DNA of 55,286 nucleotides from Trichoplax sp. H2 (Eukaryota): NCBI GenBank assembly GCA_003344405.1, contig NOWV01000307.1, positions 1 to 55,286 of the forward strand, read 5' to 3'. Shown piece by piece: positions 39,101 to 52,066 of this stretch (position 1 is its first letter; each line of letters starts with the position of its first letter). The notes under the pieces were generated by a model. It saw only the letters and a program-made list of their open reading frames with translations, ran no database searches and was not told where the DNA came from. The position numbers and the translations under genes were made by a program.

Positions 39101-42100
39101 ATTTCTTCTGATATACAATAGCACTTCTACACTAAAGAAGAGGCGAAGCTAGCATTTCAGTTGGAATACTATGGTCTTACAGGTAAGTAACATACCGTCA
39201 TACCCTTATTTTTCAATTATTGTTGGACCTTCAAGTCTATTACACGATATTTGTCTATAATTTACTCGCGTTTTATCGCGTTTTAATATGATATGCTACA
39301 TCGCATAATGCATCTTTCTTGCATGCAGGCAATCGTTTTGGAAAAGATGTTGAATTCAAGCTGAAAATAGACCGTGGATTTCCTACAGGGATTTGTTCAT
39401 GGGGTTTTAAGGTTTCGAGTTCATTAACTAGAAATGTATTGCAAGTAGATAGTTGACTAGAGTTACTAATTTTAGATTAACGTATTGCTAGCTTATGGAT
39501 TAGCTACGTGATCTAAATTATGACGTTTTAGTTATGGAAGATGTGATAAATTACTTTAATAATAGCCTAAAATTCTGCGTGTACTCAACTTTAGAAGCTT
39601 TTAAAGCATTCCATGAAATTTAGTCCTGAATTAAATCTATTTCTAGGATTCAGAGGCTATGAAGTTGCAGCAACTGCTTTACTACAGTCCCTCTGAACGA
39701 ATTAAAGGGCCTATTCATAAACTCTTACAGCTCCTTTTTGATGTGAAAGCTATGCAATTTTCTATCGTTCAATCCGAGGTATAATAATCTTAATAAAATA
39801 ACACGATATATTAAACGTAAAAAAATAATGTGATCCAATAACTATTTTAGATCGATGCCGAAAGATTAAAATTGAAAGATTTGACGGCTGATAGACTGGT
39901 AGAGGCCTCAAAGTTGCTTGATGAAATCGCAGAGGTTGATAGAGCCACCCTACATAATATGATGGCAGTGTTGTAATGACTATATGAATAGAAATGAGTA
40001 ATTTGTAATTATCTATGAAATTGGATAAGTATTACATTAGTTACCGGTTCTAGTTCTATCATGGATGACATTATGATCTTAAAGTTAGAGATAAATAAGT
40101 AAAGCTAGTCTTTTCCTTCCGAAAAATACTATAGTAAATGGCCTTGTGCGATGAAAGCGTCATATCTTTTGCGTTTTCTTTCTATCTATAAGACTGCAAA
40201 TATATCTTCTTTATTTTTATCCTTCTAATAATTTATTGTAGCACTGTGGCTCTCTATAATTTAATTCGTAGTTCTCTAGATGTCGTAAAACAAAATTGTA
40301 TTGTTTAGATAAAGAAAAGTTGCAAGACTGAACAAAACAACAAAAAAAACAAATTGAAGGAAATTGAAAACAGGATCAAAAAACTCTGTGATATTATACC
40401 CAGGAAACCGTTTTTTGATTTAACACATGCGAATCTATCTGATCTTGATGATGATGTAAAATATAGAGTTAAAAATTTTAGCTAAGTGATCTAGTATAAG
40501 ATAGTAGAAACCTTAAATTAGTATGTATTAGGAACTTACTTATTACTTGATATGATTTAACATCAATATAGTTGATACAATGTCGCTATGCATTGGAAGA
40601 TTTGAAAGATATATTGGTAGCTTATGAACTGCTTGAATTTGTTGGAAAATCAACAACTGATCCTATATCGAGTCTTTACCAGAGACTTAAAACCAATATT
40701 GAGGCAGGTTTACTTATTTCTTAAACTCTTTTAGGAGTATCCTTGCTACAATAAGGTTCCATTGAAATGTTTTTAAGGAATAATAATATTATTACTATAC
40801 TCTAATTTATAGGTTCTGGATCATGATAGCTATGTATTTAACATGATCAAAGCGTACGCGAGAAATGGTTTTCGATATCCAGTGAATAAATACTATTCAA
40901 TCTCCGTTGAGGAAGTACGATCGAAGTGGACGTAATGATATAGTAATCAAAGTCAAAGGTATTAATGCTAAATTCCGGATTCAACTAAATAGGTATTCAA
41001 AATAAACAGCAAAAGAGACGATGAAAAATTCAAAGCTATTAATAATACGGATAACCGAATGTTACTATGGCATGGATTTCGAACTATTAACTACGCTCAG
41101 ATATTATCGCAAGGAATAAAACCAGTACCTGAGAAACTTGATGGAACTGTTAGTAGATAAAGTCTTAATTGCTTTTCGATATTGTTTGTTACAGCAAAAT
41201 ATTAATATTCACGAATCTAACTACTCTCATAATATTCATTAATAACTAACGCATACACTTAAATGCAAAAATAAACTTTTCATGTAATATAGATTAGTGA
41301 TTTTAGTTGCATAGCGTTGGCAATTAAATTTAGTGATCGAGTTTAGACTAGTCCTATAATATAATTAAGCACTATGTTATCTAAATTGTTATTGGATGAT
41401 ATATTACTGCAATAATATATTATTTTTGATTGTTTGAACATTAATCTTGTTAGGATGAATATAATTTTGCATTACTAGACCGATTTAGCAGCTTTCTTTG
41501 AACATAACTGTTGCAGATAAAATAAATACTAGTGTTATGTAGTAAATTGATAATGTTATACTTCTGCATTACTGTAAACTCTGTATCAGTGATTGCTATC
41601 GGGAGAAAATTCTACTAATTGTACTTTATGCAATTATTTCTCAATATTCATAAAGATGCAGTATAACAGATTTGCCGTTTTATCATTCATATTTTTAGTA
41701 CGGACTGACGTGTGCATTAAGATATTTAATCATGAACTTTGTATAGCGCTAAATAAAGTTACATTGTGGTTTTCGCTTTTGCACTAATGCTATTATGACC
41801 ATTTTCAGAAATGCTTTCCTGTAGGCAAGGCACTCTATTTTACTGGTAATGAAACTGTTAGACTGCTCTGTGCCTTATTCGTGATTAACAATTTAAGACT
41901 AAAAATACAATCATTTCTACTTTCTGTTTAGATATCATGTGGGAGGTAACAGAACTTAACTACTCAAAATGAAGAGAGTTCTGTACTAAACTAATGTTCT
42001 TTAACGAATAATTAGATCACAGCAAGTTTCTTGGAAACTTAATTTCCAAAAACTGCATTTGTTATTATTTAGAGCGCGAGCCGATGTGAAACTACAGCCA

Positions 42101-42739
42101 GTAACCCTGTCGGATTATTATTACTCTGTGAGGTCGCTTTAGGTAAAATGTAAGTTCGAATTTTGAATAAGCAGATTCGATTCGTTGGAGTTCTTGGTAT
42201 AGTTGATAACTTATTATACATTGATGAGAAACTTTACGCTAATGAAACGGTTACTTTTTTGAAAAGTGTCCTAGTTTGAAGTTTTTATTCTATTTCTTGT
42301 GTGATTACAGGCATAAAATGAATATAGAATCTTGCAAACTTAATCAGAAACCCAAACTACCTGAAGGAACTGACAGCTTTAAAGGTAAGCATTACGAATT
42401 ATTTAAAACCATGTCCTTGATATACCATTTAGTAAGAACTATAAATTCTCCTCTAACTTAGCGGTAGGTGGTTACGGACCAGATCCAGCCGGAAACAAAA
42501 TAATAGATGATGGTATTACAGTTCCCTTAGGCAAGATAATTCCAATTAAAGCCTATTCTCCAATTTCCAGCAGGTATATGATAAATAAAATGATTTCTTA
42601 CACACTCCTCTTATACCTGACGTTCTAATTATACTGAACCAGTCATGAATTTGACTCCGATAGATATGTCGTATACAATATGGAAAAAGTTCAAATCCGA
42701 TATTTGGTTCAAGTAAAATTTGACTATTTCGATGTTTAG
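36166..42739 (+). CDS. Divergent PARP1-like protein (Zn3/PADR1 - BRCT - degenerate WGR - helical domain - ART fold), about 26 exons
   Basis: Spliced exons give GMAFGAELICPRC...ACNHPAC..VDKKSWKVP (Zn3), KPLGDIQISIIGNL...LPIVAEEFID...IADW (BRCT), CVLEESGNLYSTV (WGR N-terminus), IHKLLQLLFDVKAM (helical domain), then NRMLLWHGFRTINYAQILSQG, GKALYFTD, GLLLLCEVALG, DGITVPLG and RYVVYNMEKVQIRYLVQVKF, colinear with human PARP1. The start codon is tentative. Confidence 0.88.
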
Positions 42740-44609
42740 AAGCCCTTATTAACCAATCCGGCAATATTTTACATAAATGTAAGGTAGTTTGTCTTAAATA
42801 ATTTGCAACAAGATCGGTAAACCCAAGAGTTTCGATCCAACCTACTACTTTGCTGTAAATGTTAGTCTCTAACAGACTCAGTTTACTCATAATATAAATT
42901 ACTTTATTGTAAAATTTGGCCTTGACATTGAAGACAGGTCTCAGTATCTATCGTATCAGCTAAAAGTACTAATTCATAGAAATTTAAAGAAATATATCAC
43001 AAATAGTATCGTAGGCTTACATAAGTTATTAATTAGTCTATATTGTTTGCGCAGCTACAAGGGCAGCAAACTTGTTATTAATAGAAAAAAATTAAAGTAA
43101 AGCATCAAGTGCATGAATGGAGCCATAAACTCCTTGAAATACAGTCATAAAACTATGATTTAATAGCTAGTTATAATTTTCTTTTCTGCTTTACATGCCA
43201 TCTCATTATAACTTTGGATACATTATCATAATCAGTCTAATTGAAATCTTTTCCAATTTCACGAGATTACTAAATTTAATAATTTGCTACTTACGTAACT
43301 TCAGAGTGCTGTTTAGATATTGGAAATTAACAAAGTTACCATAAATTAATTTATCCTACTCAGATGTTTGTATGCAAATAGTTGGTGATGACTTACGTTA
43401 TTATCAATTTTATTTTAGATCTTGTGAATGATTGCTCTAAGCCAATGAGATTAATTATGATTAATTAAAATCCAAGCAAAGACTATTCAAATAACTATTC
43501 ATAAATATTTGGTAAATTTGTATAGTATAATTCGTCTCTGATTATGCTCGCCTATGAATTTTGAAGGTTTTAATTTTTCCATTGGAATACCAGCAGAGGC
43601 GGAATATAACATACGAACATTGGTAATCGTAGCAACATATTGTCATATGAACTCTCGTATGATTTGACAATACTTGCCATATTTACGTTCTAATATTGCG
43701 ATGTGCCTCTGTTCACATTTAAAACCTCGTAACATGTGACAGAGATTTCAATAAATCTGTAAGTTTAGATGTAGCAGTCGTTATCAAAATGAATGGAAGA
43801 TTAATTCTCTATTATGCCCTATAATCCATTTTAGACGAAAAATTTCTTTATGTTATTGTGCAAGTTGTTGTGAAAGTATCATGAGTAAAGTTGGAAGTAA
43901 TAACAACGACTGATATATGGAACTAAAATTAATCGCATTTATACAGTAAAATAATTTACGCGTGGAGATTGTAGTTTAAGACATTAAAAAAATGGCTATA
44001 CTTTAATAATATAGATTGCAAGTTATCTGAAATTATCCTACACTGCCACCTTCTATTCCTTATTCATTTTAACATATAATTATTAAATATCTCCAAAGGT
44101 TCTTATAGAAACATATTTATTCATTTTATTTTGCTTGCTGCTTCATACTCAGTCTCGGCTAGATATTGTATCAGAAATAAATATTAGATGGCCCATCTAA
44201 CATTCTATCATAATTTATTATATGTGTTGCGATTTACCTATGAATATACTAGGGTAAATTATGACTTCTTTTAGCGATAATAACGTAATCTTAATGGAAT
44301 TGAGACGAGAGAAGGGTGCTTGTTAAATTGTAAACTACTCTGCTGGTACTAAGTATTGTAAGGCAAAATTTTATCCCAAGAACCAAACTAAGTCGGTCCA
44401 ATCTTCTTAAATTTTAAGCTATCTTAGTAAATTAGCTCAAAAACTACGGTACTCCCATTAGTTTTACCATAAATAGTCCATCAGAGTGTTACAAAATGAA
44501 GTGCTTTATTTCGTAGATACTTGCACAAAACTGACCCAGTAATCAAATGGTTAACCACAGACTGACTAACTGATTGGCAAATTACTGTCATGCAGTAATT
44601 TATATATGC

Positions 44610-44702
44610 ATATGAACGAGACCGGATGCGAAATCGGTCATTTTTGCAAAATGCCCGGGCAGTTTACAAAATGACCGATTTCGCATCCGGTCTCGTTCAT
44701 AT
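44610..44702. mobile_element. Near-perfect 93-bp palindrome, MITE-like
   Basis: Perfect 35-bp arms ATATGAACGAGACCGGATGCGAAATCGGTCATTTT (44610-44644) and its reverse complement (44668-44702), centred on GCCCGGGC. TA dinucleotides at both ends. Confidence 0.7.
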
Positions 44703-46671
44703 ATGCTACGATTCCATTCCGATAAGTTTAATTAGTTAACTCGATATGATATTATAAGACTGACTACACATAATACAGTACTTTTACGAGTTATTATGGT
44801 AAGGTAACAATGATATGTTGTAATCCAAACATTAGCTCGTTGCATAGTTATGACACAAGTCGTTAGCAAGAACGAACTTTGAACTAATAACTAGTGGCTA
44901 TTGACCAATAGTAGTTCTTCGATTTCTATATTCTACTAGCTTCTATCTCAACTCAGTTAGCGGATGATATCATTTTTTCCACATTTGATAGGCGATTAGA
45001 TTTTATCTTAACATTAAGTTTACAATATTTACTTACTCCAAATTAAATTTCGGCAACTATTTGCAATAAATCAAAATAATATAAAAAAATATGCTTTGTA
45101 ATTGCCTTATAAAGACGCTCTTATTAAAACTAAGTCAAAAATCTCTTTTTAAATCTCAATCTGGCTAGAACTTTCAGTAGTAAATTCAACCCATAACGGC
45201 GGATTTTCTACTGATGCAAGGTATACCGCGAAGTAGAAGAAATAATTACATAAAAATCCAATAACAGGCAAAAGCAGATTAGAGAAATAATCATCTTAAA
45301 ATACTACTTCAAATTCATATGTACTTCATCGCAGAAAACTGTCGTGTGGTTAATAATGTATCTAGATGTTAAGTAGATATAGAATAACATTTTCTACCTC
45401 TTGTAATATAACAATCGTATAACTTCATAAACTTTCAGTTAGCAAAATTACTTTTCGTGTAGATAAGTCCCAAGAGGCTAACGTACTTTAGACTGTAAAG
45501 TGATAAATTAAGGCATGAAAACATTTCTCAATGAAAAATTTATGTGTGAAAGATTGCTTAACAATCTATTATATTGCAACTCAGAATTAAGATAATGCAA
45601 TCCATAAATGACTCGTATATTTCAATCCAGTATCTTATAGCTGAAACTATATATGCAGATCATTATTTATAAATGCTGCATTTGAAGGATTCTAAATATT
45701 CATTAATTGATACTGAACGATATTTTCGATTTAATAACTGAGAGTTAATCTATATGCATCTGCATTTGTAGAAATCAATATATCATAAGAATAAATAAGA
45801 GTTTGTATTTTATTTTATAGTTTTCTGTCTTTGTGTATTCAGAAATGATAATAATTTTATTATCTCCATTCATTTAATTAAGATTCTCAACGCCCTGTCT
45901 GTCATTTCCAGTTATTGTAAATGAGCTAGCTAGCAATGGTAGGTGTGCCAGGCGTTTTATCATGTTATTCCTTAGAATATTCTAGTACACTAATGACGTT
46001 TACTTTGAACCATAAAGATATTTCAAAGCTACGCTTTGAACTCCATAGTAGCTTAATTTACTCTAAAATTTACTGGTATTATGATAATAAATGTTCTATT
46101 GTAAATTAAGATATGAAAAGTACCACTTTTAAATAATAACGAATAAAGGATTGATTTATTTTACGCTGTAATGGTCAATTCAATAGATGAGATATGAATA
46201 TAATGTACGAGATACTGTAATAAACTTCATTACAGTAATTACAATTAATCCTAAACTTAACAAGAGATACAAGTTAATTAGGAAGCAACAACCTAAAAAT
46301 AAATCGTACACAATATTCATATCTCCTTCATATGTTGATTTTATGACTGTGAGTAAAAGTATTGATTATTTAATTTTGCAACGCTAATATATTGTTTACA
46401 ACAAAAATTAATTTAATTGCTTTTGAGAACAAACGATCGTACATATACTATGACGCCATCAAGAAAGACTGACAAGTAGACTCAACCCTATTAATGATAT
46501 CGAACAATGGCTATATTTATTTACTGCTATTTTGCATATTTTAACGACCAAACTTTAGTTGTGGAATGGCAATTAGGAAGTTGCTATTATAAATGATAAT
46601 TGTAAAGTTAGAAGTAATATCGGCTGGATCTAAAAGCAACAATGTACAATGCTCATTATCTGTTTAAAATC

Positions 46672-46727
46672 TATATAAGGCCCAATTAACCAGTGCTATC
46701 TAGTTTTTCTGAGCCGAAAAATTCCAG
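46672..46727 (+). promoter_or_regulatory. TATA box and non-coding first exon of peptide gene A
   Basis: CTATATAAG at ~46672 followed by TTCCAG|GTACAG (donor at 46728). The same layout precedes all four copies. Confidence 0.6.
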
Positions 46728-46931
46728 GTACAGTCGTTATAGTAATCTTGATAACTTTTTAGCGAAATTTTTTTCAAGAAAAAATCTCGAACAAATAAAA
46801 CTTGCTTATGTCTGATTGTTGTTTAATTATATAAAAATAATTAATACAAGGAAAGTTTAGTAATCGACTGTGCTTCACACAGTGTTATTCGATTCTAAGA
46901 TAACATTTTTGTTTGTTAAAAAGGTTCAAAA

Positions 46932-47440
46932 ATGAATTTGAAATTGGTTTTGATTGCTTGCTTGCTCTTTGCCGCTACGGTTTATACCGAAGAACACGAT
47001 GAAATTCCGGAGGAAATTGAAAAAGAATTAGCGGATATTCAAAATGCCATTGAAGATCGTAATAATGAAGAAAACGAAATCATCGAAAAAGATGCAGAAC
47101 TTGCAGATATCGATGAAGATGACTTAAAAAAAGAAGCAGTTAAATCTGCGGTAAAATTCTACAATACTATTTCTTAACAGATACTTCAATAAGAGCGCTT
47201 TTACAGAAGATAAATTAAAAGTTATCTCTATTAATATTTAAAAAATTAAAGCCTAAAATTTTGTGTTTTTTTGGACAAATCTGAGAAGATTAGAAAGTCA
47301 ACTGAATTTAATTTCTTTATTCATTATATTTTATTGATCAGTGGTGGAGAAGACGCCGTCGTCGACGCCGTAGACGCCGCAGACGAATTTTCCTTACCCG
47401 ACGTTCATGGTGGAACCAACGAGTACCTGTAGGCAAATAA
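46932..47440 (+). CDS. Secreted prepropeptide A (105 aa): signal peptide, acidic propiece, WW(R)13IFLTRRSWWNQRVPV-GK; antimicrobial-peptide-like
   Basis: Exon 46932-47150 (MNLKLVLIACLLFAATVYT then E/D-rich ...KKEAVKSA), phase-0 GT-AG intron, exon 47342-47440 ending TAA. Confidence 0.88.
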
Positions 47441-49767
47441 AAGGAAGAAATGGAATATAGCTGTCTTCAACTAGTAGCAGTAAAAACTTTTCTATAGCAA
47501 TTTTTAGCTGATTATGTCAAATGGAACACCATTGTGATCTTAAACTGCTAAAACGTTTACTATAGACTACTAACTACGTCGGTAGTAACATTACTGAAAT
47601 GTAGGTTGAATATCAATTTATATTTTGCAATAGATTTAGTCAATAAAGTCTCATTTTGGCAAAAATTTTAAATAATTATGTCTATGAACTACGAGTAATT
47701 AAGCAATATGATGGAATATCTATAGGTAATATAGGATGTGTAAGATGCCTACGATAGTACCTAAAAATTAATCTATAGTTAGTTAAATGAGCATACATGC
47801 AATCAGTAACAAATGTAAAGTACGCTATGTTTTTATACTGTATTTATTTCGGGCTGTATTAAGCTCTGGGAGTCAAACCCAACCTTCAGAATGAAGGAAC
47901 TTGTTAGTTCAGATTTCGAAGTAAGAAATTGACTTTTTACAGAGCTCTACTGAAGACTGTCTGATGCATAACTGATATGCAATTAAAAATCTTAACTTGA
48001 ATCTTAATCCTGGAACCCGTAAATAATGTATATTAGGATATATGAATCGATTAAATATAGAGATTAATTAATCAGGATTCCAGAAGTAAATTACAAAGAC
48101 TAAATAGACACACGATCCCCAAATAAGTATAAAACTGGTGAATGAAATAGTATTGTCGAAAAGCTGTTGAGTCACAGCAGGTGAATAAAGATGACATAAG
48201 AAGCAAAGCAGTCAAATCAACGGCAAGGAAGTTCAGAATTTATCTATCGATGTACATCCAACTTGTTTTAACAGTTAGACTAGTTAGAATTACAATAGCG
48301 AAATGAGAAAATTTTACTAAATTAGCGTATAGATCGAGATGCTTTCAACTAAAATATACCATATAAACTTTCACTTAAAGTCATTTTCCAAGTTTTGTAT
48401 GCTTAAAGCATATCATGCATTATATAACGATAAAAAATCATAACATCTAGCTTACGATATTTTTTTAATTATCAATATAAGTATGTTCTGTTCCTATCTA
48501 GCTATCGAAAAACTGACGGCCTTAATCAGGAAGTTACCTGTAGGATAAAGCGTAAAGGTAGTACCAATAATATCGCTATAGAAACTAGTACTAGAAGGGC
48601 AGTTCAAATTTATAGCATGCTACGAGATAGAGATATCGAAGATCGGTAAAAGTTCTTAATGTTTTGTAATATCTTTCTATATAATAACCTCCGATACGAC
48701 GTGTACTATAGTCACAGAATCTTTAGGATTTTATGACGATTTGGAGCGTCGACAGTTTGTCTACAATTGAAATAACAATTGTCATGATAGTTATTGTCTG
48801 TACTCCTAAATCTAACTACACTTAATGCTCTGATGGTCAGCCATGATGCATATGCGAGCTGTTCAGCAATAATGGCAGTTGCTCTATTGAAACCCTTATT
48901 TCATCGGTAAGGCGACAGTAGGGGTTTCAATTTAAATAGCACGTAAGATATGAAAAACACAACTTCACATAATTCTAAATAAACCGTCACTTCACTGTAT
49001 ACTTTATATGCTATCCAACAGGTGTATTATAGATGTAAAGTATGAGATACTATAGTCTGTAGCAGAGTTTAATAATTACCTGTATGATTAATTCAAGTAT
49101 GAGAGCAGATTAAGCTCGAAATAGATGGCAATAATCTTAAAATTAAATCGTGCACAAGATTAATATTTAATTCATGCTGAAATTGATGGTTTATATTGAA
49201 ATGTCAATTGTTTACCCAGGCAAGGCTAATAATGTATTTGTATGAGATAATATCAATTCAGTCGCTTTAGAGAACAAATATTTGTGCAATTATCATCGCC
49301 AGACGAAAAGGGATTGACCCACTGACTAGGTCTTATTGATTTAATCCAACAACGTTAATTTATTATATCTTCATATTTAACTTATTTTAACGACCAAACT
49401 TTATAATGAAATGACATTTAGAAAGTAGCTGTAATAAATGATCTTGTGAAATTAGAAGCATTGCCGATTACAACTACTAGTTGCAATGCTTACTGTCTAG
49501 TTAAAACGTGTATAAGTAACTACTGAAAATTACTATTTAATTCTTTGTGTTGCAAAATATTAGGTATGGGAATTAAAATAATTTTGACAACGTCATACCA
49601 ATGTTTCTTCAAAAATATCTATACGAAATAGAACTTTCTTTTAATGTGATTGTAATCTTACTGCATAAATATAATTTAAAAGGGGTACATTATTGATCAA
49701 TTGTACCGTATATTGCGGTGTTAGATTTGTGTTTAAGGAATATTGTTGTTATTGAATGTGGCTCAAA

Positions 49768-49900
49768 ATGAATTCCAAAATTAGCTTTGATCGCTTACTT
49801 ACTCTATATTCGCTATGGTTTATGCCGAAATACACGATGAAATCTCAGAGAGATTAAAAAAGAATTAGCAGATATTCAAAATCCCACTAAGGATCGTGAT
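49768..49900 (+). pseudogene. Frameshifted, truncated copy B of the prepropeptide gene
   Basis: ATGAATTCCAAAATTAGCTTTGATCGC...CACGATGAAATC...GAATTAGCAGATATTCAAAATCCC aligns with copy A but has indels. The upstream ~500 bp are homologous to A, with a mutated TATA (TGTATAAG) and no AG acceptor before the ATG. No WW/poly-Arg exon follows. Confidence 0.85.
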
Positions 49901-51830
49901 TATATGCGAAGTGAGAAGAACTTCACTTCAGTATTATGATTGTGTGTATGCTAGTTTCTCATTGATGAAACCAATAAACGTTCGGCTTAGTACTTGGATT
50001 AACTCGAACACAAGCTTGGTAAGTGATGAGATATCCATGAGTAAATTAGAAAAGACAAAGACTACTAGGGACCTTCACAGAGTTGATTTTGCAGAACTAT
50101 ACCAGCGTTATCAAAGTCTTATTCAATTACGGGTGTAGCGATGCAACCATATTTGATTATACGGATAGCTACATTTGATATAGTTAGGTTACTTTGAATA
50201 GATATTACCGTGAAGCTAATATTAGATAATTGCTAACTAATATATTAGAAATTGCTGATGACTAATAGTAGCCAGTTGACTAATTATGGTACAAGATTTA
50301 TGTAGCTAGAAACACTATAGTTGTTGAAATGCCCTTCGGAGAACGGGCCTAGACATTAATAGAAGAGTAGTGACATCTCGATTAAAATGATTTAGATTGT
50401 AGAAAATAATGATGTCCTATTAGAGAAAAGTATTTTGTTTGATGATTTATGTCTGATTGTAGATTAATCAAGTTGTCATAAATGGATTTAATGAAATATT
50501 TATAAGAACTGCAGAGATGAGCTCACAGGGGAGAAGAGACTTCACTTCGCTTTGAGCTTGGAATACTTTAAATTTTAGACTAGATTCTTGTAGTAATTAA
50601 TTATTGCTCTACTATTCCTAAAAAATTGTAATAAAAGCCTTTTAGAAAATACTATATGACTAAGATAGTTATTGTGAGATATACTTATTACATTGGGTAT
50701 CCATGTAATTACAGATTATTGTATTGATACTACAGTATGTAGAGAAACTGCTTGACTTTGATATGCAAGTGGTAAGGGTTATATTTAAAAGCTTTTGATT
50801 AACAAATTTAACTTATGCCTAGATTGCGGTAATTCTACAACTGATTTGTCAGTTTAATAGGTATACAAGAATAAAATTTGAATAAAAAGTCTTTGTGAAC
50901 AAATATAACATGCGGCAGTGAATAATTTATAGTTTATTAAACAAGTGTGCAATTAAGTTAGAGTACTTTATACATTTTAACAAGTAAAAATTTAACTACA
51001 GGTATGAGTTAGAAAGGGATGGCTGTAGTCTCTGAATGAAGTATGGTACTAATTCGAAATCATAGATAGAGACGACCTATGCTTCCATCATCCATTTAAG
51101 ACTTACTGGATTATCGGAGCAAAATTACTATGTTTGATTTAAGCAACGCCTCTAGATCAATTGACCTGTTTTAGCATAACAATATCAAGTCCTGTTTATA
51201 ATTCGAATTTTACTTTTATTAAGGTCGAAATAATGGGTTATTAGAATTGCAAAATCATTCCAGTAAAAGAACAAACCCTACGCAGGACCCCTATCCATTC
51301 AATTAACTTATCAGGCACTATGGTTTATTACTAATTAAATATAACTTAATTAGATCAATCCACTTGCCTTAGCATAGCAGCGTCAATTTACTGCTCATTA
51401 TTCGAATTTATTTTCATTAACATCGAAATAATAGGTTGCCACAATTGCAAAGCTTCTGATAAGTAAAGAATGCTTACTATAGATTACTACCGGTTCAATT
51501 GACTGATCAGACACAAAGACTTATTACTGATTGTAATGCATACAATTGCTAGATAAATGGCTGTTGGCTTGTGTTCATCCTTTGAAAACTCTTTGTCGGG
51601 ATCAAAAGTTTTCGCAATCTGTCTATCAAATACAATCATAAGGTAAAAAGGGTTACGTGAATTTAGCTTCTCTTAATATAACAATACTGCTGTACCGACT
51701 TTCATTCACGAACCCTTTCTTTTAATATCAAAAAGATAGATAAGTATAATTGCGAAATGAGGTAATATCATCAATTTAGCTGATTGGTTATTTTATTAGT
51801 AATCCCGCAGGGGATATCATTAACCATAGT

Positions 51831-51888
51831 CTATATAAAGTCCGTTGCAGGCTTGTTATCCAGTTTTCATGTGCTGAAAATTTTCCAG
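51831..51888 (+). promoter_or_regulatory. TATA box and non-coding first exon of peptide gene C
   Basis: CTATATAAAG then TTCCAG|GTAAGT (donor at 51889). A reverse CCAAT (ATTGG) lies ~45 bp upstream. Confidence 0.6.
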
Positions 51889-52066
51889 GTAAGTTGCTCT
51901 TACGATCATAACGATTTCTTCTACAAATTTTAAGATAACATTGAACATCGTTTACGCTGACTTTAGATAAAGATACTTATAGAAATAGAGTTTAATAGAT
52001 AACTACATTTGAAAATAGATGATTTCTCTTCTAAATATTTTATTTTCTTATTAATGTAGTAAGAAA

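Noticed and set aside
51805..51820. kappaB-like site GGGGATATCA in the C/D promoters
   Set aside because: Imperfect consensus match and not evident in copy A.
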